NCBI GenBank assembly: GCA_012295275.1
Contig: CM022672.1
Location: 8,308,001 to 8,372,000 of the forward strand
DNA from: Chrysomallon squamiferum
Taxonomy: Eukaryota > Animalia > Mollusca
DNA length: 64,000 nt
Direction: 5' to 3'
Position 1 is the stretch's first letter. Each line of letters starts with the position of its first letter. Both the position numbers and the translations under genes were made by a program. Shown here piece by piece: positions 46,640-61,894 of this stretch. The notes below the pieces were generated by a model. That model ran no database searches. It worked only from the letters and a program-made list of their open reading frames with translations, and was not told the origin of the DNA.

Positions 46640-47132
46640 CTCACTACCAATAATCAGTACCAAATTTAAAAATTATTCATATCAGTAATTTGTGTAAAAA
46701 TTCATATTAAAAAATATATTTATTTCAATAACTTAATGTAATTATTTAAAAAAAATTAAACTTATTGCAGTCATATTCAAATATAAAGTTAAAAATATGC
46801 TTGTTTCGATAATTTGTGTAAATATAATACATATAAATATTTTAATACCTTTGATAAATTAACACAGTAAATTTACAAAAAAATATTACATTTTACTACA
46901 ATCATCATGAATAAAACTTAATTTTGCACAAAAGAAATGTAAAAACATTTGTGCTATATTCATTTATTTTTATTTTATTTATTTTTTTGAGTGTATCTTT
47001 TTACTAATTAATTTTTTCACCAGATTGCAATTTTAGATTTTAATAATAATCATAGTAATGCTTACACGATAAATTGCATCTTTTTTTGCCAATAATCTCC
47101 TCTTTTGTAGAGCCTTTTATAAAACAGGAGTC

Positions 47133-47191
<59 letters not shown>

Positions 47192-50100
47192 TACAAAATA
47201 ATGATAATAATAATATGTATTACAATAATAATTATGATAATAAAAATAATAATAGCAGTCATAATCTTGATAAACTTGAAGAAGAGGATTATTAAGAAAT
47301 CTTGTACCACTTCCATCTGAACTATCTCCATTACTTCTTGAACAAACACAATGGCATCTCCATTACTTCTTGAACAAACACAATGGTATGCATCTTTATT
47401 ATTACTTGTTTACTATACATTCAGCAGTGAAAGGTAATATGTTAGTGTTGGTTAAAATCTACTTTTTAAATTCTTTGACTTACCAATATTGTTAAAAAGG
47501 ATTACTTTGATATGTAGGTAATTCTAATACTGTTTTATATACTAAATAGGAAATATATGTGAAAACTTACTGTCTGGAAAATATAGTAACCGAGGATCAT
47601 GTGGAAAGCTATGAGAACTGCACACAAAGATGCGATTGTCCAGTTGTCCCAAAGAATGACCTCACTGAGTGGAAGCCATTTTGATAACCAACACATCACG
47701 GAACTCTCCGATGACAACATGGCCAGAAAGAACAATGTTCCAAATAAATATATGTCCTGAAACAGTAAGTAAATAAACAAGTAAATAAATAAATTAAATT
47801 AAGTAAGTGAAATTAAATAATTAATACATAAATAAGTAAATAAACAACAAACACATAAATATCTTTAATAAATATGAAAAGGTAAACAAACCAAAAACTA
47901 AAATCAATAAATATGTAATAAATAAATTTAATTGATTAATAAGTAAATAAATTTAATAAATAAAGGAAATAAAAGAAAACCAACAATTAAAAATAAGTAA
48001 ATAAGTAAATAAATAAATAAATAAACATACGAGGTAAGTAAGATAGGAAATTGTTGGTAGATGTGATTTGAGAACTAGCTTGAATGTCACTGTGGTCAAA
48101 AACAAAGTTATTGTCAGACCCATTCTGTCTGGATTATTTGCATCGATAGAAAAGCCACAAAAAGAAAGTGCTAAAATGAGACACTGAAAATTAAAATAAA
48201 AATAAAATAAAATTCCTAAGAACATTTATTTAAACAACTGTTAATTAATCAAACCTCGATCTCATTTATTTAGTTATTTTCACTTCTTTAACTTTTACTT
48301 ATTTCAATGCTAAACCAGTCTATTTCAAATTTACCACTCTCTTATTAAAATTATTTATGAAAAAGGAAAAGTATATATAAAATCCACTTTGCTTACTACA
48401 ACAATGACGACATTGTAGAAGAAGAAGCCAACCTTCCTCTTCACTTTAATAAGGACGTAGAGGACAGAGTGGACGCTGAAGCTTGCATACTCTCGCGTGG
48501 TCATGGTGCTGACAGAGTCAACATGCTGGTAGATTGACCATTCCTGGGAGTCAAGAAACATGTTGATGTTCACGTTACTCATTGCGTGTTTATCTTCCTT
48601 TATCTCAATCTCTTCTATAGTTTTCTCGCTGGATACCTGGATCCCCAACTCCTTAGTGAAAATTATAATAATAAAGAAATGAAGTAATTAAAATAATATT
48701 ATAGAATTAAAATGAAATGAAGTGCAATGAAATGAAGTGAAATAAAACGAAACAAAATAAAACCTAAAAACTAAAACAAATTAAATTAAATTAAAATAAA
48801 TTAATATTAAAATTAAAATAAAACTAAAATATCATAAATGGTAAAAATAATACTAAAATAAAAATTAAAAAATTATGGTTAGAAATAATTAAACAAAATG
48901 AAATACTAAAAGAAAATTAAATTAACATAAAATTACATAAATTGAAATTCTAAAATAATAATAAAATACAAACAAAAACAAGTAAAATAAACCAGAAAAA
49001 AGTAAAAAAAAAAAAAAAAAAAAAACAATTATGGCCAAAACCCTGACCATACCTTGAGGATAAAATAAGATTTTATACACAAGATTTATATAAAGGGTTT
49101 AAAGATGATCATGCATACAAAATACAGAACCACAACTAAGTCCTTTACATCAAGACTTGGTTTAAAGATCCATAAAGCTTTTACAATAACAATTACAAAC
49201 AATTACATCCCCACACACACACACACAAATACAGATACACTCAGGCACACACAGAGAAACAATTATAAACAAAAAATAAATTAAAAATGACAATAAATAA
49301 CTACAGTGACAGAAAACTAATGTTATTACTGTTTAGATATACAAAATGAAAAATAAGGAACTGACAACAACAAAAATAGTTTTTGATATTATGATGTAAC
49401 AAATACTACCTGGACATCAAAAGGAAAATGTTCTAGTTCCAAATGTTCTCGAAAATTTCCTTTGATCCTCCACAGGAGAACAACAACAGGGTTAACATAA
49501 CCCTCAGAATGAAATCTGATAGTGTAATTCTTCTCGTTAATGTGAAAATCTCCATTCAGGTTTAGAATCATTAACTTTGGTTCCCAGTATAGGTGTGGAT
49601 CAAAATTGGGTTTATCCTGTGAAAAAAGATTAAATAAATAAAATATGCAGTCTTTTTTACCATAGCTCTAAAGGTCTCATGCAAGCAGCTCTACAAGCAG
49701 CTCTGTTATTTGTCACAGTCATACCTTTTCTAAGCCACTGAAAAAAGGTTCCTCCCATTTAGCTTGTATAAGAACTTCAGCATCAAAGTTCTGCATCACA
49801 GTGTCAATGTCTCCAATCTTCAGAAATGTACATCTTATCTCCACAGTTATCTGTAAACAGATCAGTGATTAAAAACTCTACTGCAAAAGAAATGTCAACA
49901 ACAAAAAAAAATGATAATAATTTTGTTATGTATAGACTGTGAGACTGTTTATTTTTTTTAAACAAATCCAGAAAGTGTAATGCACTTGAAAAATGTAGTC
50001 ACTGATTGTTTTGTTTTGTTTTTAAATTTTGGTTGACGTACATTTTACTATTTTATTATACTGAAAATCATTTCATTTCATTAACTACCCTTTCCTGAAA

Positions 50101-50649
50101 CTATGGATTATTCCTTTTATATGTGGGTGTATGTGCGTGTGTGCGTGTATATACTAGTAACGGTAAACAAAACATTTTATTTATTATAATAAAGAAGGAA
50201 CAAATGAATAAATGAAGGTATAAAACGAAGGAATCAAGGATTTAAAAATAATAAAAATAAAATTGCAGTCCTAAACGTTTACATTATCAGTCAACATAAA
50301 CGTTCATTCGAATATAATTATTGATTTAAAGACCGGAACGTTAATCAGGCTAGTTATCTACCTATCAATAACAAGTTATTGTTGTTGTTGTTGTTATTAT
50401 TAAGCAACAAAACGATTGTTTTACCAAATGGTTTGCTCTGTGCGTGTTTCTCATGTTTTCTTTCCCGTTAACTTTTTGTAATATACGACTTGCCAGTTCA
50501 TGAATGGATGCTGTTGTTTTATTCATTTTAGTATTATTATCCTTCAGTACACTTCTCAGTCTTTCAGCTATCTGCTTCAACGTTTCGGGCTCTGTCGACT
50601 TCGTAATGGTCTTGGGGCACATTGTTGGTGACATCCGTTTTTCTGACAT
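46466..50649 (-). CDS. Cys-less (Pro-loop) pentameric ligand-gated ion channel subunit, paralogue A (~425 aa)
   Basis: Eight phase-0 exons: 50425-50649, 49725-49850 (ITVEIRCTFLKIGDIDTVMQNFDAEVLIQAKWEEP), 49410-49616 (YWEPKLMILN...GNFREHLELEHFPFDVQ), 48397-48651 (...DSQEW...KVKRKVGFFFYNVVIVV), 48031-48183 (M1 end, NPDRMGLTITLFLTTVTFK, LPTISYLTYL), 47571-47756 (M3, M4), 47066-47113 (ALQKRRLLAKKDAIYR), 46466-46543 (TRREYLENHGILLTFGNPSLHVQEE*). Confidence 0.9.
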
Positions 50650-51341
50650 CGTTTTACGGTCTTATTATTATTTTTATTTGTGTTGTTATTACGTGGGCTT
50701 TAACTAAAAAATTATTGATTATGCACACATCTATTGTAAAAACCTGCTTTCTTGAAATCGCTGTGTTGATGCAAACGTTATTTTAAATACAATAGACAAG
50801 GATTCGTTTACTAAAATTAACTTCAGCAAAAACGTCAGTTTCTTCCTCGTACAGGGGAAATAACTCGTTACATCGACGCTAAACTTGTATGTCCGGCACT
50901 AAGTTTATGAATTTATTCCAAAACTATCTTACGTCAAAACTGTTATTAAAGATGTCAAACTTTTTAATTCTTTAAGTATTTATTTATTCATACTGCTTCA
51001 CAATTAATCCACAGAAACATTATTATTATTATTTATCCATTTATTTATTTATTCATTTTTGAAATTTAGTTCTCAGATATAGTTAACATTTAATATAAAA
51101 AATGAATAATTATTATGAAAAATTTTTAATGGGTCTTTTCCCTTTATTTTTTGAAGTTTTAAATAATGAAATAAGCAACAACATCGTAATTTTAATAGTC
51201 AATATAATGTACAGTAAACATATCTTTACAGATTGAATTTAAGACAGATTTCAAAATAATATTATGTACTACTCTCTTTTCACTTTTTAAGACATGTTCA
51301 ATAATTGTAATGCAATAAATTTTAATAATAATATCTTCATT

Positions 51342-51751
51342 TTATTCATCATCAACTTTGAGAGATGAATATCCTGCTGACAAAAGTACTCCATGGTGAT
51401 CCAGGTAGTCACGTTTTTTCTGTAATAATAAAAATCAAAAATTAAAAATCATTCCTAAAAGTGTACTTCTGATGATATACAGTAATAATCTGAATATAGT
51501 CTGTATAAATACATTTATTTATTTTTTGCTGTCCACTCTTTCTTAAAAATAAAGTATAAAAACAAAACAAAAAAAAAAAACAGATAAAAAATATCTGGCA
51601 CTGTCTGCAAAGGAATTGGTTTAATGGGAAAAACAAAATATGCAAACATGTATATAAAAATAATCAAAGAAAATAAAAGAGAAGAGAAGAGAACAAAAAC
51701 GAAATAATAATAATTATCATTTTTTAAATATCTACTCTTATCTGAAATATG

Positions 51752-51809
<58 letters not shown>

Positions 51810-52313
51810 CGATAATAAATAATGACAAGTAAATAATGATCTTGTTATAATATTTTCATGTTTCATAAAAAAAAATGTATTTTAGAAAAATATAGATTGT
51901 AATTAAGCTATTGGATGAAATCAAATTTACAAATAAAAAAGGCGAATTTAAAATACATACTCCATATTCCTTGTCCTTCTGTTTCATCAGTCTTCTTCTC
52001 TGCATTGCCTTAATAATAAAAATAATAATAATAATTATTATTTTTATAATAATAAGTACAAGAAAAAGAACAAAACCAGTGATAAAAACCAAAATAACTA
52101 TAACAGTAACAAAAATAATTAATATAGCAGCAATAATATCAATACCCTCAAAATGTAAACTATAACAATAGTAATAACAAAAAAGCAACAACAATAGGAA
52201 TAACAATAATAGTAATACTACAACTAATACTATAAGTAGTATTAATAATAGTAATAACCATAATTTTACTAACAACAAAAACAAGATCAATAACAGCAAT
52301 AATAGCAATAATG

Positions 52314-52346
<33 letters not shown>

Positions 52347-54146
52347 TAAAGAAGAAGAAGAAGAAGAAGAAGAAGAAGAAGAAGAAAAAAAAGAAGAAGA
52401 GAAGAAGATAAATATAATAAAACTAAGGTAAACATTATCAGTGCACAAATGTATAGGTACCGTATTGTAAATATTAAAAGCAAAGATGAGGTGAAAAGCA
52501 ATCAGTATTACTCCAAATGAAGTGAGAGTCCATTCATCCCAGATGACAACGTCAGTGACATGTATCCATTTTGCAAGAGCACACATGATGGAGCTCTCAG
52601 CAGCCTGCATTGTCAGATACACCATTGTGGCTAGAATGTAGATGTCCTGAAATACAAAAAACAAACAAATAAATAAATTGTTGCTTACCTGTACAACGGT
52701 CAGTTGTATTATTAATTTGTTAACTGTAATAAGATATTTTAAATAATTATTTATATAATCATATTTATATATTTTCACTGTTAACTATAAAAACCTGTGG
52801 TATCTGCTTTACCTTCTGCAGGTAGGTGCACACAGAAGACAAATGAAAGAAATAATAACTATTTTACATAACAATCACACAATAGTTAATATTTCTTCAC
52901 TTGTCTGCTCTGTGCACCCACCTGCAGAAGGGAAAGCATATACCATAGTTTTTGATAATTAACAGTGAAAATATATAAATATAATTATATAAGTAATTAT
53001 TTAAAGTGATTAGCTAAAACAGAAATAACTACAGCTTGGTGTTCCAGTAAGCATTTATTATTTTTTTTTTTTTTTTTTTTTTAAATGACTTTCTACAGAG
53101 AAGGAAGATCAGAATTATACACATACCAGATAAGTAAGATAAGATATTGTTGGTAAAATTGTTTTCACAACCAGTTTGAAGAAAACTGCTGTGAGAAACA
53201 AGGTCACTGTACAGGCCATTCTATCAGGATTGTCAGCATCAATTGACAAAGTGGAAAATGCAAGTCCCAAAATCAGTAACTGAAACAAGATCATAATAAC
53301 AAGTTTTAAACTGTTATATTAATTACTGAATTATTTATTTAATAATGTTCCAGATGTGTGTCTGAAATTTAACAATTTCTTACCTTCCCATGGACAGGAA
53401 GAAAGAATTAATGGTTTTTGATAGCAACCATCAGTCATGGTAATGAGAAATAATCCAAGAGGCATTAATCCTAATGACCCTGTGTCATGATCTACATCTT
53501 TGTTACAGGACTGTTTCTGAAACATTTCTTAAGTCAGAATATGACATGATCGTGCAAATGGCTTCAGCCAATTTCGCCAATAACCAATTGCAACTATTAA
53601 GCTTGACAGGTGACACTGAAGAGTTTTGAAAAAAAAAGGACCATGGAGTACAAAAACTGATACTACTTGCAACTATGACAATAAAATTCCAGAGGAAGAA
53701 GCCAACTTTTCTCCTGACCCGACATTGTACGAACAGCAGTGGATGGACAGTGCAGCTGGCATGTTCCCGAGTGGTCAGTTTGTGAGTGCACTCAACATGT
53801 TGATAAACTGACCACTCCTGCGTGTCCTGAAACATATTGATGTTCACTGTACTCATAGAATGTTTGTCTTCTATTATGTCTATCTCGTCAATAGTTCGCT
53901 CACTTGATACCTGAATTGTCAAGTCCTGTTTAAAATAAAATAATTTAATTGTCATCAATTTATCTGTTGAGCTTTAAAAAAGTAAGGAAAATATATTATA
54001 TACAGTGATTATATACAGTATAAGTGAAATTTCCAAAATATAAGTCTTGATTAACAAAAGCATAGATCAGCAGATGTATTTCTTACACCGAAATAATTAA
54101 AGCAATCCTAACCTTTTCTAAGCAGCTACAAAGACAAAACAACAAC

Positions 54147-54179
<33 letters not shown>

Positions 54180-54705
54180 AAAGGCTGTGATATAACAGTG
54201 TAACAACCTGAACATCAAATGGGTAATGTTCAAGTTCCAGGTTTTCTCTGAACTTGCCACTGAATCTCCAGACCATCACAACAACAGTGTGGTCATATCC
54301 AGCCTCCTGAAACTTGACGTTGTATACTTTTGATTCCATGTTAAATGGACCCATAACATTAGTGATGATTAGCAGAGGATCCCAGTACCTCTTCTCATTA
54401 TATAGTCCTTTTATCTAAACACAAAATACTTATCAAACATTATCAAACATATCAAAATTAGTGTAGATTAAACTAAATTAAAAAAATAAATAAATTAAAA
54501 AAAGATATTACAAATATATTGACAAATCTAAGACTATTTTAAATTTCACAAATAGTCTCACACACACACACACGTACATACACACACATGGATACAGAGG
54601 CACACACCAACACACCCATGCATATACACATACATATATATAGATATATAAATACATACACATATTTATGCATACACACATACATACATACATACATATA
54701 TATAT

Positions 54706-54754
<49 letters not shown>

Positions 54755-56032
54755 AAAACTCACATGCAAACACATACACATGTACATATACAGACACAGA
54801 TATACACACATCAGATACATAGAAGGACGTATATACCATACACTTTAATGGTTTATTACATATTTAAATCTGTCTCTAAAATATTTAAACAAAATAAATA
54901 TATCATTTAATTCTTTTTTTCAAAATAAATAATAATAATAACAATAATAATCATAAAAATAGTAAACAAACACTAAAACAACTAAAACAAAATAAAAATA
55001 ACAATAAATTAACAAAAATAACAAAACAGAAAAAAATTCTCCGCAAATAAAACCTACATTAAAGCAAAAAGAAAAGAAAAGAACAGGAAAATTACCAATT
55101 TTTTTTAAATAGTTAAGTAAGCAAACCAAAATATTTTTAAAACTAGTAGTAAATTAAATATCAGACTAAGCTTTAATACTTACAGTTTGCTGCTTTGCTG
55201 CCTGCAGGAGAGTTATTAAAATTTTATATCTGTTTTTATAATTTATAATTTATTATATTTTTATTACTTTAATGTGTTAGAACTGATCTGCATACAGATT
55301 CAAGACAATTAGGCATATATAACCAATTGCATGCTACATATATTTTATTTTATTTTAACATGCTTATCAGAATAATGGTTTTTGAAACATCTCCATTTCT
55401 CAGTACTAGGCTTTATACTTGAGTCTTTGGGGCACACAATCAAGGAGTTGGCCCCAAGCATCACCAGACCTCTGCATCCCACTGTCCATTGTGGATACAA
55501 ATTCAATGATTAACAATTATTTGTCTAAGACAGGCAAGACACTGTTGTGTTTCTGAACCTACCAGAACATCTTTGGTTACAAATGGTCACACCAGTAACT
55601 TAATGTTGATGATTTAGATGCAGTCTCATTGACTTAGATTAATCTCTTAAATATTTAAACATTATATCACCTCAGTGAAATCCAAAATAGGTTCCTCCCA
55701 TTTTGCTTGTATAAGAATTTCTGCTTCAAAATCCTGACTGATTGTATTAATGTTTTCAATCTTCAAAAAAGAGCTTTTCACTTCAACAACTGTCTAAAAA
55801 CCCCAGAAATATACATAATTTTGATTATTTATTTATTTAATTTTAATTATCAAAAAATAACACCAACGTCTTTTTATATAGTAAAAATAAATAATGTAAA
55901 AATACTTTAAAAATAAATATTGTTATTGAAATTAAAATTTTAAAATTTGAGTCTATTAATTATTATTCTTATTCTTTTCATATTAAACAATTTATTAAAT
56001 AAGTAAATAAATTAAATAAATAACATGAATAA

Positions 56033-56083
<51 letters not shown>

Positions 56084-56337
56084 AACAGTAATAATAATAA
56101 ATTTAAAAAAAAAATGTTTAAAATATTTTGCTTGTATTTATAATTTACCAAATAGTTTCTCCTTCGTCGAATGTTTGGGTCATGTCCAAGATCTACATTA
56201 TCAGAATCTATTATATGCTTTGCCAGTTTGCGTATTGATGATATAGCGTGATTTTGGAGGAAGACATTATCTTCTATCTTTCGAATAAGAATCCCTGCCG
56301 TTTCCTTTAGCGTTTTGACAGAAATACTCGTATCCAT
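51342..56337 (-). CDS. Cys-less (Pro-loop) pentameric ligand-gated ion channel subunit, paralogue B (~412-418 aa)
   Basis: Same exon architecture as A: 56149-56337, 55671-55793 (FLKIENINTISQDFEAEILIQAKWEEP), optional 55184-55201, 54208-54414 (YWDPLLIITN...GKFRENLELEHYPFDVQ), 53671-53925 (...RVRRKVGFFLWNFIVIV), 53127-53279 (NPDRMACTVTLFLTAVFFK...LPTISYLTYL), 52461-52646, 51961-52008 (AMQRRRLMKQKDKEYG), 51342-51419 (KKRDYLDHHGVLLSAGYSSLKVDDE*). Confidence 0.9.
52738..53005. mobile_element. Foldback/palindromic MITE with ~125-bp inverted arms
   Basis: The left arm tttaaataattatttatataatcatatttatatattttcactgttaa...ccttctgcaggtaggtgcacacag mirrors the right arm ctgtgcacccacctgcagaagg...ttaacagtgaaaatatataaatataattatataagtaattatttaaa. 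TTTAAA occurs at both ends. Confidence 0.85.
54558..54815. repeat. Degenerate (CA/TA)n tract
   Basis: Intronic low-complexity sequence. Confidence 0.85.
55447..55484. mobile_element. Probable DNA transposon terminal fragment
   Basis: GC-rich ...GCATCACCAGACCTCTGCATCCCACTG resembles a CAGTGG-type terminal repeat. No partner end was found. Confidence 0.3.
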
Positions 56338-56998
56338 TCGAAACCAATTAATAGGGCTTCTAATAAAACAATGACAAAAAGTTTCAAAAGTATGACATTT
56401 TGGTAGATTTTTATATTTTTGCGCTATTCAGTAATTTGGACAAAAATTAGGAAGTTAGTATTACATAGCGTGTAACTCTGTAAGGGAGTTAATTTCTGCG
56501 TTATGAGAAGACGCTACTTTTCAAGTGATGCTTCTCAGTATTGAACCTAATATCGAAAGATTTTTCAGTAAAATAGCATACAAAATATCTGTAGAAATTT
56601 CATATAAAATATGTAAAAAATATGCTAATGCAAATAATAATATTATTGTTATATTTACAGTAGATACAAAACAAAGGACCATTTATAAAAATATTGCGGT
56701 TTGTCTCATAATGACGAATAATTTATTGAAACTTTTGCTAATAATAAAATCTGTTTTATATATTCTATTATTTTGTTTTTGTTGTTTTTTGTTGTTCTTG
56801 GTTTGTTATTTTTTGGGGACTATGATATAAGGAGCTAAATGTATAGTATGACAAATTAGGAAAATGTAAACAAAATTATATCAAATTTAAATTACATAAT
56901 TCTAAGTGAGAATGTATTCTTCGCTACATCATTTTTCGTATCTTACTAGGTGTGAAGGCATTAAATTTATGAATTGGGTTTGAATATATGTTTAATAC

Positions 56999-57099
<101 letters not shown>

Positions 57100-58442
57100 A
57101 ATATTAAGAAATATAAAGAAATATAAAGAAATGGTTAATAATTTATTTTAATACAAAATAAAATTCATGAAAAATAATTTTGGAGACCTAGTTCATAAAT
57201 CGAAAATACTCGAAAGTTTCCGAGATTATCTAACAAACGATATTAATAACAGGTCACAGGATTGGTTGCAGGGAAACAACGTTATCCAATGGAAAGACAG
57301 GTTTTAGTGTTAGCCTTTCAACATGCAAACATGGCTGACATCGTAAAATTGGAGCTTGGCTAGAAAAAAAATATTTTGACTGTTTAGAATTTATGAATTT
57401 TCTCTTGGATAAGAGTACTTCTTGGAGTAGTGTTTTTAAAATTATATTGGACAATGCTATTTTGGATACAGTGATTTTTGTTTTTCGGTAATTATTTAGT
57501 GTCTGTTAAATCATTTTCATTGTTCGAAAGAACGTTAATCATTTAATGTCACACATCTGAAAATGACAGTCACACTGTCCTTAATTCCAACTGATTGATA
57601 GTCAGAAATTATGGTGAAAACTTTCCGTTACATGTTTCATTGTTTGACAATGTTGTTTATGCAATGTATTCTTTAAATCTAGTCCACGATGTACAGGCTG
57701 TTTATTGTTACACACGTTACTCACCGTGATTACAATTTACATATACTAGATATAACTTGATATAAGTTATAACTTATAACATTTATAAGGTACATAGATA
57801 AGATATGTTTTCATAATCATGATTATATTATTTTATTTTTTTTTTTTTTTTACTGATATCGTTTTAAAAGTTTAGTCACAGTTCGGTGTTCAGTGGTAAG
57901 GGATTTACCTGCATAGTGAGAACCAAAAGTCTGAAAAGATCAATCCACTTTGATCAGTTCTAATAATTAATTTTAATAACACTAGATTGTTATATAATCA
58001 TTAATATAGATAGTATTAACTATACCATCGTTACAGTGTGGCGAAGAAATATTCAGTTTTGATTGTTACATTAGCAACCTGACTCATGAGATGGTTGATT
58101 TAAGCTGAAAGTGAACTGAATCAGTTCATTCAGATTTTTATTTAAAAAATGTATTCTATACAAAAATGTTAAAGTAACTAAAAAATGATAAATACATTAA
58201 AATACCAGTTTAATGCAACAAAGTATTTTGTATACTATGATAAAATACTTTTTATAAACTTTGTTTTATAATGTGATTTAGTTTAGTTGCAAAAATGTTA
58301 TTAAAATAGATGTCTGTTTTTCATTATTTAACAAACTTCTGTATTAGTTTTGACTAGAGATTATATTTGTACTATTAATTTTCTGAATGCAGTCATAAAT
58401 TACTAAAAAATTAAACATTTTAAATTACACAGTGTAGTCAAG

Positions 58443-61894
<3,452 letters not shown>

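Noticed and set aside
47324-47387. 32-bp tandem duplication in a pLGIC-A intron (a similar one lies at ~39594-39650)
   Set aside because: An ordinary local slippage duplication with no sign of function.
51856-52501. Long Leu/Ile-rich 'membrane protein' ORFs
   Set aside because: They are (AAT)n/(AAG)n intronic sequence. Only the 48-nt exon 51961-52008 and the end of the M4 exon are real coding sequence.
46466-56337. Assigning the channels as GABA-A/glycine or nicotinic receptor subunits
   Set aside because: They lack Cys-loop cysteines, vicinal loop-C cysteines, the PAR motif, a signal peptide and a large M3-M4 loop. Similarity is only at superfamily level.
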